64,000 bases of DNA from assembly GCA_973895155.1 (NCBI GenBank), contig OZ316897.1:6461327-6525326 (forward strand), given 5' to 3'. The notes below the pieces were generated by a model. The model saw only the letters and a program-made list of their open reading frames with translations. It did no database searches and was not told the DNA's origin. This DNA comes from Marsupella aquatica (lineage: Eukaryota > Plantae > Marchantiophyta). The translations under genes were made by a program, and so were the position numbers. Shown in pieces: positions 49,419 through 64,000 of the stretch; the first letter of the stretch is position 1, and every line of letters begins with the position of its first letter.

Positions 49419-50304
49419 CAACTTTTTACTAAGTTGTCCCCCCAACTGTCTGAAATTAGGATTCTGTCCCCCAAACATGTATTTGCCACAGACTATCCCC
49501 CTCATTCCATATATGCGTTAGTATACAGTTAACAGTGGGGACCCAATGCCAAATGGCATGGCATTGAGTGGCTGCAGGTTAACCCCCTTTGACTGCTCCT
49601 TTGCCCTCCCTTCCCATGGAAGGATGTCATAGCAGGCCTGGGAGGAGCCAAAAGGGCCCAACTTTCCCCTCACAAAATAACAACCTTTTGCCCCCTCATT
49701 TTACTCACAGAAATGCAGCCACTGTAGTTTTTTTCCTGCCTCATTTCTGTAGACAAAATCAGACAGCAAATGTTTACACATTCTACTCTGCTGCCATCTT
49801 TGGTCCTTAAAGGTGTGTTTGACTTGTTTGATTGAATACTGGCTTAGGGGCTCCGTTCACACAAAAGAATGCAGCAGAGTCACGACCTGTTTTAGCCCTT
49901 ATTTATGCATGCTTCGAATCCCTCATTTCTACACAGAAGAACGCAGTGAATCCTACATTTGTTGCCTTTTTGTTTTTAGCAAAATAAACTATTTTCTGCA
50001 GCGTACATAGGCCTAATTAGACGACTGCAGGCTGAGGGTGACTGAGCAGCCATAGCTAGGATTGAGAAGGTTGGGATGTTTTGGCTCTCCGGGGCTTGCT
50101 ACGGCAGCCGTGGGGAAGGGGGAGGGTGAAGGAGCAGTCAAAGTGGGTTAACACGCAACCACTCACGCCTTGCCATGTGGCATTGGGAACCCAGTGTTAA
50201 CATATACTAACCCATATATGGAATGGGGGCATTGTGGCAAATAAATTTGTTCGCGGGACAGTTTCCTAAATTCAGAGTTTAAGGGACAACTTAGTAAAAG
50301 GCTC
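49419..50304. mobile_element. Non-autonomous Mutator-like MITE, 886 bp, ~200-bp diverged TIRs, 10-bp TSD TTATGTCAAA
   Basis: ttttactaagttgtccc...ttccatatatg.gttagtata...gttaaca...cccaatgcca...tttgactgctcc at left is the reverse complement of ~50110-50304. TSD at 49409-49418 and 50305-50314. Confidence 0.85.
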
Positions 50305-50411
50305 TTATGTCAAATGATAATCATGCATGTTTTTTTTTAAAGATTTCTAGTTACATTCAAAAAATGTACTCTAGGGCCTCACCTAATATATGTGCATATA
50401 TTTGAAGGGGT

Positions 50412-50755
50412 TGTTGAGCATAGACGACAATCACAACGGCAAGCCCATGAACCATCCAACGCACAAGAGTCAACACAGAGAGATACGTGGTTCACCTCCA
50501 CATGAGGCTACGTCCACGGGAACACACATGAGCTTTATTGCACTCTAGGCCGACTGGCCATACCAAGCATCCACAGCGCAAGCTTTCTATCTCTCAACTA
50601 GCTCCATAACAATGAGCTCGAGTTCCCCCTCTCCAAGCAAACACCGCTTGGTTTATAGAGTGTGCACAGCATGACTAACCTAACCAAGTCTGCGACTAAG
50701 GTTAGCCTTAACTACGGTACATTCGTAACTCTAGACCTAAGAGTAAATCCTAACA
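50412..50755 (-). repeat. Copia 3' LTR (344 bp, TG...CA) preceded on the - strand by the polypurine tract AGGGGGAGAT (50756-50765)
   Basis: On the - strand it reads TGTTAGGATTTACTC...TGCTCAACA; about 97% similar (counted by eye) to the LTR at 55545-55890. Confidence 0.92.
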
Positions 50756-50970
50756 ATCTCCCCCTTGACTCTGGTCTAGGGGAGAGTAAAGACTACTACC
50801 AATATGACTGCTCAGCGGAAAGTTCTGGAAAGAAAAACCAAACCGGTTTTTCCCTCTTTATATGAGAGTAGACCAAAACTAAGCCGTAGCCTATACAAGG
50901 AATGAGCAAGAGCATATCTCAGTATCTACACAAATGTTAAGTAACCCTACTTGTGAGGCAATTGCAAAAC

Positions 50971-53900
50971 CTATAACGCATCACGATGTCTAGAAAAACT
51001 CTCCAAATGAATCACTTTGGTAAAAGCGTCAGCCGGGTTGAGTTTACCGTTAATCTTGACTAGCTCAAACATATTATCAGACACAGCCTGCTTGATAAAA
51101 TGGTACCTAACGTCGATGTGCTTCACTCTGCTGTCCATCACCTGGTTCACAGCAAGGTGGAGTGCACTCTGACTATCACAATGGAGCTTCACATTCCCCT
51201 GTGGCAATCCCATCTCAGTGATAAGTCTATCCAACCAAATCGCTTCCTTTGCTACTTCCGCTGCTGCAACATACTCCGCTTTTGTAGTAGACTGAGCAAT
51301 ACACTTCTGCAAAGTAGACCTCCAACTTATGCATCCACCTCCAAGTGTGAACACATAACCTGTTGTTGACCTCCTCCAATCCAGATCCTGTGCATAGTCA
51401 ACATCTACATAGCCCATCAATGATCTAGCATTATCAACATGTGCATCAAACAATAGACCATGATCCACGGTACCCTTAAAATACCAAATAATCCACTTCA
51501 CTGCTTTCCAGTGTACCTTCCCTGGATTCGACATGTACCTGCTCACCTTGCCCATAGCCATGGCAAGATCAGGTCTAGTGCAAGTCATCAAATACATGAG
51601 ACTCCTCACTGCCTTGTCATACGGAACCTTTGACATCAACCCCTTCTCTGTGTCATCCGTAGGACAGAAAGCTGATGACAACTTGAAGTGTGGAGCCAAC
51701 GGGGTACTTACTGGCTTGCTATCCCCCATGTTGAACCTTGCAATTACCTTCCTCGCATAACTGCTATGCGTCAACCATAGCTTACCAGCCTTCAAGTCCC
51801 TAGTGATCTCCATACCCAAACTTCTCTTAGCTGGCCCTAAGTCCTTCATCTTAAACTCTGCACTAAGCAGTGCCTTGAGCTTAACAATCTCAGACCTATC
51901 CTTGGCCACAATAAGCATGTCATCCACATAAAGTACTAAAACAATGAACCCAAAAATAACATTCTTCACCGGTTTAAGATACACACATGGGTCAAACACA
52001 CTCCTGTGAAAGCCTTATGCACGGATCCAATCATCAAACCGCTTATTCCACTATCTTGGTGCATGATTGGTTCAACCCGTACAAGGATCTCAGCAATCTG
52101 CAAACCAAATTCTCTTGCCCTTTCTTCACAAAACCTAGCGGCTGTCTCATGAAGATGACCTCTTCCAAGGTGCCATAGAGGAAAGTTGTGACAACATCTA
52201 TCTGATCTAGCAACAGACCAAACATAACAACAAGCACACACAATAGCCGTATTGTTGAGTACTTAGCAACTGGTGAGAAGACCTCATTGTAATCCACACT
52301 TTTTTCCTGTGTGAATCCCTTGGCTACCAACCTAGCCTTGTAGACCTTCAATTCACCTCCTGTGGACTGATCCTTCAGCTTGTATATCCATTTGTTGTCC
52401 ACCACTTGCTGTCCCTCAGGCAGCTTGACAAGCTCCCAAGTTTTGTTGTCCTTCAGTGACTGCATTTTCGTTTGCATTGCTACAACCCACTCTTGCTTCT
52501 CCTTTGAAGCACTTGCTTCATGAAATGAAGAAGGTTCCACTTCTTCTAAAATCAACGCGTCACCCTCATCATTAGTAACAAAGTCCTTCTCTTGCAATTG
52601 AGATGAATCAACCCACTGTCCATACCTTGGTGGAGCGCGTACAGTGCGACCAGATGCTCTTCTAGCCGATGACTTCGGTTGATCTACGTGTGCTGGTACA
52701 ATTTGAAGCTCAACAGCATCCACTTGCTGCTCACCAACATCAACAAACTCCTCTGGTTCCTCTGGCACAGGAACCAACTCCATAATTGGAGCAACTCTTT
52801 CTCTCCGGTCATGCACTTCATGACCAATCTCCCCCTCAATGAGATCCAGGATATGAGATTTTCCTTTGTCAGTACGGGAGACCTGAGTATTCTCCCCCTC
52901 CTTCAATAATCTGGATTCATTGAAGGAAACATCCCTATTGACAACGAGCTTATAGGCAATAGGATCCCATAGCCTATAGGCTTTCACACCACTCTCGTAT
53001 CCAAGAAAAACACATTTCTTGGAGGTAGCTGGAGTCCTTCCCAATTGTTTCCAAGTCCTATACGGTACTGAATAGTCGTTTAATGGGGTCTAAATACCCC
53101 CCGGTTTCTACTAGTGTAGGATCCAACTTGGTCCTATTCTGCTTCGATGTGAGAAATATGCATCACTTCCAAAAACTACCAAGCCATGATAGTCTGTTTG
53201 CCGCTTATAGCGCATCTCAAACGGCGTTTTGAAATTGATAGCACTAGAAGGAGAAAGATTTACCAAATAAGCTGCGGTATTGATAGCATCTGCCCAAAAT
53301 TCTTGTGGTAAACCTGATTGGTTCAACATACTCCGTGACCGCTCCAATAGTGTCCGATTGAGCCTCTCAGCGACACCATTCTGCTGTGGAGTATAAACTG
53401 TGGTGAGATGGTGAGTTATCCCATGTTCTGAATAATACTCTTCAAATTCCACTGAAGTGTACTCCCAGCCGTTGTCTGACCTCAGACTCTTCACCCTTGT
53501 ATCCAAGCACTTGACTGTGTTTCTAGTCTGATTCTCCACCCGGGCCTTCCACTTCTTAAAAATGGACAAGACATCAGACTTATGCGTCATGAAATAAATT
53601 CACACAAATCTTGAGTAATCGTCAATAAATGATACATAGTACAACTTTCCAGAGTGTGAGGGAGTCAGGGATGGACCCCACACGTCACTATGTATGTACT
53701 CAAGAACCGCTTTGGAACGATGGGTTCCAACACCGAAAGCACGACGATGTTGCTTTCCAAGAATGCAATGCTCATAGAACTCTAATTTACAAGACTGCAA
53801 ATCAGAAATGAGTCTATTCTTCCGTAAGATAGCTAAACCCTTCTCACTCATGTGGCCTAGCCGTGAATGCCAAAGTTGAGTCATCTCCTTGTGAGACTTG

Positions 53901-55260
53901 GTTACATTGGCCTCTCCACATACAGTATTGCCCTGTAACACATACAAATTCTTCTGCCTGCTCCCCTTCAAAATCACTGTCTCTCCCGACCTGACTTGAA
54001 GTTCACCATCAATAACGCTCCATTGATGATCATTTGAATCCAAAACACCGAGTGAAATCAAATTCTTACGCATGCCAGGTACATACCTGACTCCGAACAC
54101 TGTGCGCACAGCGCCATCAAACATTTGAATTTTCACAGACCCAATTCCCTCAATTTGACAGGAGTGATCATTTCTCATCAGAACTGAACCGTTTGAAACA
54201 GAGTAAGAACTGAAAAACTCACGAATGTAACAAATATGAAAAGAGCAAGCACAATCAAGAATCCACACATCATCTACTCTCCTAGATGACGTGCACAGGG
54301 CATACCTTGACTTCATAAAACATACTCATCATTGAGTAAATCAGCTTCTCCATCAGCCCTAGTCACATTTGCCGATGAAGTTTTCGCTGCCTTTCCCTTA
54401 CAGTCTTGCTTGAAGTGTCCAACTGTCGCGGTTGCACTTCCAACATGTCACCTGCCTCCTCTGAGGGGATTTACCCCTGGACTTAGATCTGGATTTAGAT
54501 CTAAACTGGGTTCTACGGTCCCCAATTGGTCGTTGCATACTCCTCCCACGGTTAACATTGAGGGCAACACTAGATGATGAAGGCTGTGATATGATGTGCA
54601 TCTTCTGCTGAAGATCATCACTAAGCAGAGAACTTACCACGTCATTGTATGAAATGGTATCCCTATCACGATGCAACAACACTCGTGATAGGGACTGGTA
54701 AGATGGAGACAATGAACTGAGAAGCTGCAGAGCCTTCGTCTCATCATTCAAAGTCTTCCCAAGGTTTTCCAAGTCAACGACCATGTCGTTGAAAGCATCC
54801 ACATGGTCTTGCAACTTTGTACAGGATTCCTTCATCCTGAAACTCATCAGTTTGTAGGAAGTGTAGAGCCGGTTTGACAACTCCTTGTGGTGATACTTGC
54901 TCTGCAATTCCGCAAACAAGGACATGCAATCTTTATGTGCACCCAACTGCTTGATGATGGGAGGCATGAGATAGAGTGTAACACATCACACTCCCTGCTC
55001 CTGCATGCGGTCCCATTGTTTCTCATCAACATCGTCTTCACGAGGGCTCAGTAGTTGGCCCATCCCTGACGCATAGAGCACTCGCTTCACCTGCTTCTCC
55101 CATAGCAAGTAGTCAGAGCGCCCATCATACTTTGTCACTTCATACTTGGGTCCCCCAAGCTTGAAAGTCCCCATCTTATTCTTTGGCACTACCGTGAGCT
55201 CCGGTAGTAGTACTGCTTCCTCACCACACGCCGCATCGGTGATGGTATCGGTGTCACATG
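50971..55260 (-). pseudogene. Copia gag-protease-integrase-RT-RNaseH polyprotein, disrupted by stops and frameshifts
   Basis: Fragments in Copia order: gag (KYDGRSDYLLWEKQV; CWKC knuckle), protease WILDCACSFH, GAG-pre-integrase LWHSRLGHMS, integrase HSDVWGP..FIDDYSR..LRSDNG..TPQQNGVAERLNRTL, SKKCVFLGY, RT YKARLVAKGF..LYVDDML, RNaseH RRSTTGY..AEYVA..CDSQSA..KHIDVRYHF..NPADAFTK. Confidence 0.95.
53029..53116 (-). mobile_element. 88-bp CACTA-terminus remnant inserted in the Copia integrase, 3-bp TSD (CTA on the - strand)
   Basis: On the - strand it begins CACTAGTAGAAA. It is flanked by tag at 53026-53028 and 53117-53119; removing it plus one TSD copy restores GAT CCT ACC TCC AAG AAA (KLDPTSKKCVFLGY). 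Confidence 0.75.
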
Positions 55261-55544
55261 CTCTTCCTCTTGCTCCTCTCTTTGCCCCTCAAACCGTCGT
55301 GGTGATCCTCGTGCTTCAAGTTCCACGTCTTCGAAAAACTCCTTCGAATCACTCATATCAGAAAATCACAAAAAAAGTCGTTTTTCACAACTTCTCAAAA
55401 AACTCAAAACTCAACACCTCCGCGTAGCCCACGAAACTAGGAGTCCAATACTGAAAACCAAAATCAAAATCAAAATTTGACGGAAAAGTTATTCAAATTT
55501 TGGTCGAGGTGGGTAAAACCTTGGGAAACTTCCCCCTCTAAGAT

Positions 55545-55904
55545 TGTTAGGATTTACTCTTAGGTCTAGAGTTACGAATGTACCGTAGTTAAGGCTAACC
55601 TTAGTCGCAGACTTGGTTAGGTTAGTCATGTTGTGCACACTCTATAAACCAAACGGTGTTTGCTTGGAGAGGGGGAACTCAGGCTCATTGTTACGGAGCT
55701 AGTTGAGAGATAGAGAGAGCTTGCGCTGTGGATGCTTGGTATGGCCGGTCGGCCTAGAGTGCGGTAAAGCTCATGTGTGTTCCCGTGGACGTAGCCTCAT
55801 GTGGAGGTGAACCACGTATCTCTCTGTGTCGACTCTTGTGCGTTGGATGGTTCATGGGCTTGCCGTTGTGATTGTCGTCTATGCTCAACAATTGGTATCA
55901 GAGC
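55545..55904 (+). repeat. Copia LTR (55545-55890) followed by primer-binding site TGGTATCAGAGC (tRNA-iMet, 55893-55904), in opposite orientation to the coding region
   Basis: TGTTAGGATTTAC...TGCTCAACA at TGGTATCAGAGC seen directly. Confidence 0.93.
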
Positions 55905-57084
55905 ATGCCTGGGAGGTGATGAGGTTTTTTCGTGACGGTTTTCCAGCGTTCATTGTTGGTGTTGAATTCGGGGTTTCATCGTATGAAACTCGAATGTGTG
56001 TGGCTGAGCAAATAGGTTAGTGAGAGGGCTTTCTAACTGTGGTTACAACTTGCTGATCGGTATCCGTGGTGCAGAGGAATTAAAGTTTGCGTCGTTCACG
56101 GTTTATTCGTGTTCAACGGGATTTCGGGGGAGAGACCAGAGATTGTTTTTTCAACGGTGTGAGCTGTGCGGTGCGGGAGGCATCGCATGTTATAGCTCAA
56201 GTTGAAGGTTGAAGCGAGCTGGTCGTTTTGGTACCTGGTTTGCTGGCGTTTGTGGAGCGAGTGCGTCGTGACGAGTGAAAGTTGAGTTCTGGTTTTTTGA
56301 CAAGCTATGGTGCTTGTTTTTCCCTGAACCGGATTACTCGTCGTGACGCTTGACTCGATCCTAGAAACGCGAAGTGCTGAGGCTCAACGGAGAGATCTTG
56401 GTGAGGTAATCATTTTGAGTCCGAGATTGGCCCTTGACGCGGAGAGAGTAAAACACGGCGGAGGTTTTCTCTTCTCTGGTGGAGCTGCAGACGCGTGGCC
56501 GCGAATATGTGCGCCTTTTCCAGGGGCTTTAAGACCCCTTTAAAGTGCTTTTTTCTGAATTTTTTTTCTCTCCTCCTCTTCATTGGTTGTGCCGCACCCC
56601 GGGCCCTATGACCCTCCATTTTAACCGCTTAGACAGGGGGAACGGCCCCCTGTGAGACTTTTTGGACTGTGTGGGAATATTCCCAAAAAATAGAGAGGTG
56701 TTTTTCGACTGTCTGACAAAGATTTCGTCCGCCGAATGGTAACTTTTTGGTTCTTTTTTGGCAAGGTCGTAGCCATTGAAGTTGGCAATGCGACGCACCG
56801 ATCACATCGCAATTCCGACGATGGGTTGTACTTGGTATTTTGGTTATTCCCTGAGGTGGTCAAAACGGGGGAGTTTCCCAAGGTTTTACCCACCTCGACC
56901 AAAATTTGAATAATTTTGGTTTTCAGTATTGGACTCCTAGCTTCGTGGGCTATGTGGCGGTGTTGAGTTTTGAGTTTTTTGAGAAGTTGTGAAAAATGAT
57001 TGTTTTTGTGATTTTCTCATATGAGTGATTCGGAGGAGTTTTTCGAAGACGTGAAACTTGAAGCACGAGGATCACCGCGGCGGG

Positions 57085-57272
57085 TTGAGAGATAGAGAGA
57101 GCTTGCGCTGTGGATGCTTGGTATGGCCGGTCGGCCTAGAGTGCAGTAAAGCTCATGTGTGTTCCCGTGGACGTAGCCTCATGTGGAGGTGAACCACATA
57201 TCTCTCTGTGTCGACTCTTGTGCGTTGGATGGTTCATGAGCTTGCTGTTGTGATTATCGTCTATGCTCAACA
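57085..57272 (+). repeat. 5'-truncated Copia LTR (U5-side half) ending TGCTCAACA
   Basis: Matches ~55702-55890; joined to 5'-UTR sequence at a (G)TTGAG microhomology. Confidence 0.9.
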
Positions 57273-59321
57273 GGGATAATCTAGGCTAGTTGGCTCTAAA
57301 GTCAAAACTCATAGGCTCTAAAGTCAAAACTCATATATTTAAACTGCTGTGCACCTTGGCATATAGAGTATTTGGCCCAAGGGGGTTCGCACTCCGTGCC
57401 CCTGGCCCATGGAACCTTGCACTAATAGAGGCTACAGTCGGAGCAGCAAATTACTCCAGTAGTTCTTATAAAGCCACGTGAATGGTGTATTTGCATAGAG
57501 TGAACATACAGGACTTGACTCCAGCTCTCGGCAAAATGATCAACTCTAGTTGGGCATTCCCCGTGTGCATTGGTAGGGATGATCTTGATGAAGATCCCAT
57601 GTCGAGACTGTGATCAGCTTGATGCATCGATGATTGCTGTCTGATTTTTAGGCAGTCTTATGTGTTCACTTCGCACGAGAATCCATTGGATCGGAGGATA
57701 CTAGTGGCCTCATCTGCCTTTTTTGCAAGGTCGTAAGGTGTGATTTCGTACTTCATTCCTTCCTTCGAATTTTCTACACTAATCACACCTTTTAGATTCT
57801 GGTACGTGAGGAGTAGTGGGCTTTATATGTGCGTGTGGGGTGTACAGTCTACCGATGACAATCTTACTCAACCGGGGATGATCTACGAAGAGCAAACTGG
57901 AGAAATTTTCGGATTTATGATCGCCCTGGTTGAAACGTTTTTCACACATAAAGTGAAGTCTGGGAGAAGTGGACGAGGCCGCGCTTCTGTATGAAACATG
58001 TTTTGACCTCGGCAGTGTGAAATGGATCTGCGATGAAGAAACGCTTTCAGTGAGAAATATGGTTTTCTGCCGTGGAGCTGACATTTTCCCCATTGTAAAC
58101 CCGTCGGATATGTATCGGCATTGAGGATTGAATGCATTGTCACAGGAAAATAAGACTATTACATCGCAGTTTCCTAAGAAGCTGACTGGAGGCTCAAATT
58201 TGAGTAGCGAGGGACCCCCCTGCAATGTGACATTTGCCTTGTGCCAAGAATTGCTGACGCCGTCCTTCGTTTCGAGGAAGAAAATCGTCGCTCGTGCAGC
58301 AGAGCCTTCGTTCATTAGACAAGCTGATAGACCGTTGTGCTCACAAATTCACATGTCAAAGGCAGGGTTCTTAGCAAAGACATCGATCAGGTGTTGGACA
58401 TCGAAGGTGAGGAAACCATTGTTCGCTTACGAGACATATCCGAGGCCAGAGTTGCATCATGAAGTTTGGTATCATTCTTATCACCATAACTTTCCAATGC
58501 TGTTGAATGTTGCGGCTATCAGAAGTGCTTTCCTGAGAGCGCGGACTTATGACTGCGTCTTTTTGGCTTTCTGTTTATGAACTGTCACCATTATATCCAG
58601 TATTGCGGTATCACTCTTTCGAATGATCAACTGGATGAAGAATTTGTGTCTCGAAAGGACGGCATGTTTGTGTCGGAAATGTTTACGGGCTAACATCCGC
58701 TAATGATCTTGCGGAGGTCTATTCGATTGTCGCGTCGCATGTTTGATGCACGGAAATAAAGAAGTAGAGCATTGCTTGCTGTATTGGGCTGCAATGGCAA
58801 TGTGAAAAATGCTTTCTTCGAGACTGAACGGTCATTGTACTGTATAAGCCTGTAGGTCATGATCAAGATCGCAGCAGGTGGTTTTTGATTGGAGCATCGG
58901 GGAGCAGTAGATTACATGTCATTCAAATGGTCAAGTCGTCTAATTCTTAACGCCTGCCCATTTGTTTGTAGTGTCTCTACCCTTCCTCTTGGTAGGAAAA
59001 TTCTCCCTCCTTTTTTCTACTGTGCCTCTACTTAACTGGTTAGTCTGCGCTGCCCCTGTTTGTGACGCGGAATATGCATATACTAATGACCCGAGGTTAT
59101 TGATGATGATCTACTCGATGTAGCCAGATGACCTAATTACTTCGCCGGCACCAGGATCGACTTCAAGAGCGCACGACTATATGTGGGTTGAAGGCTCCTT
59201 CTTGTGTTGTCTCGGCACGAAAGTCGCATCAATGACACACTTTCAGGTCTGATCTTCAACTTGGAAAATGAAAATGGAGAATGATCGTTGCTAAGGCGTG
59301 CAGAAGATCACTCGTGGCAAC

Positions 59322-63737
<4,416 letters not shown>

Positions 63738-64000
63738 GGACAGGTGAATTCAAGATTAGTCGTGATCAAGGTGATGCAAATGCCAGGTGCATCCAAAAGG
63801 TCCAAGGCTAACGGGATTCGCAAGACGCTGAATTTGCATCGATCTTGCCTCTGCCATTTGATCCCTGCATTTGCCACCACGATGCAATGGGATGTCCCTG
63901 TATGTAGAGGTTTAGGGTTTTAGAGGTTTTTGGGACCTAGAGTAGCTGAATCTGCTGGCTGATTAGCCGGTGGCAAGAGCGTTCAGCCTCCAGGGGCAAA

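Larger units (their letters stand above)
50412..57272. mobile_element. Composite Ty1/Copia LTR retrotransposon: a minus-strand coding copy fused head-to-head with an internally deleted plus-strand copy
   Basis: LTR 50412-50755 (-) with PPT; degenerate gag-pol (-); LTR 55545-55890 (+) with tRNA-iMet PBS; partial LTR ~57085-57272 (+). Outer flanks GGGGT (50407-50411) and GGGAT (57273-57277). Confidence 0.9.

Noticed and set aside
55545-57272. Independent TRIM/LARD-like insertion nested in the Copia
   Set aside because: Its own flanks (AAGAT and GGGAT) are not a convincing TSD, and the interrupted left copy does not resume to the right of 57272.
57779-58580. 178-aa (-) and 150-aa (+) ORFs upstream of PKA
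   Set aside because: No recognisable domain or consistent splice structure, and they overlap on opposite strands; more likely promoter or 5'-UTR sequence of PKA.

Overview
Eukaryotic, intron-rich land-plant nuclear DNA. A bryophyte such as a liverwort, or another flagellated-sperm lineage, is inferred from the combination of plant-specific XTH and LEA_2 genes with a complete cAMP-dependent protein kinase (PKA) catalytic subunit. Host genes, with exons assembled by hand: a ~36-exon spastizin/ZFYVE26 (SPG15, AP-5 accessory) homolog (3261-22371, +), a LEA_2/NHL gene (29056-29640, -), a 4-exon XTH (33760-37390, -), an MTP12-like CDF zinc transporter with an intronless CDS and a ~350-aa His-rich loop (40754-43909, -), and a 12-exon PKA catalytic subunit (59322-63737, +). 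A MULE-transposase/SWIM-family-like gene runs off the left edge (-). The 45.6-57.3 kb region is a transposon nest. It holds two long-TIR non-autonomous elements with 9- and 10-bp TSDs, a decayed CACTA transposase, and a Ty1/Copia structure in which two related copies are fused head-to-head with the same LTR end at both termini and a near-perfect 5-bp TSD. The Copia integrase is interrupted by an 88-bp one-ended CACTA remnant with a 3-bp TSD. Other notable points are an antisense coding-like relic inside a spastizin intron, a predicted 3'-UTR intron in the zinc transporter that could trigger NMD, a GC-AG intron in PKA, and many short two-copy tandem duplications. No prokaryotic systems, CRISPR arrays, rRNA or tRNA genes were recognised. 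All family assignments come from motif recognition, not database searches.
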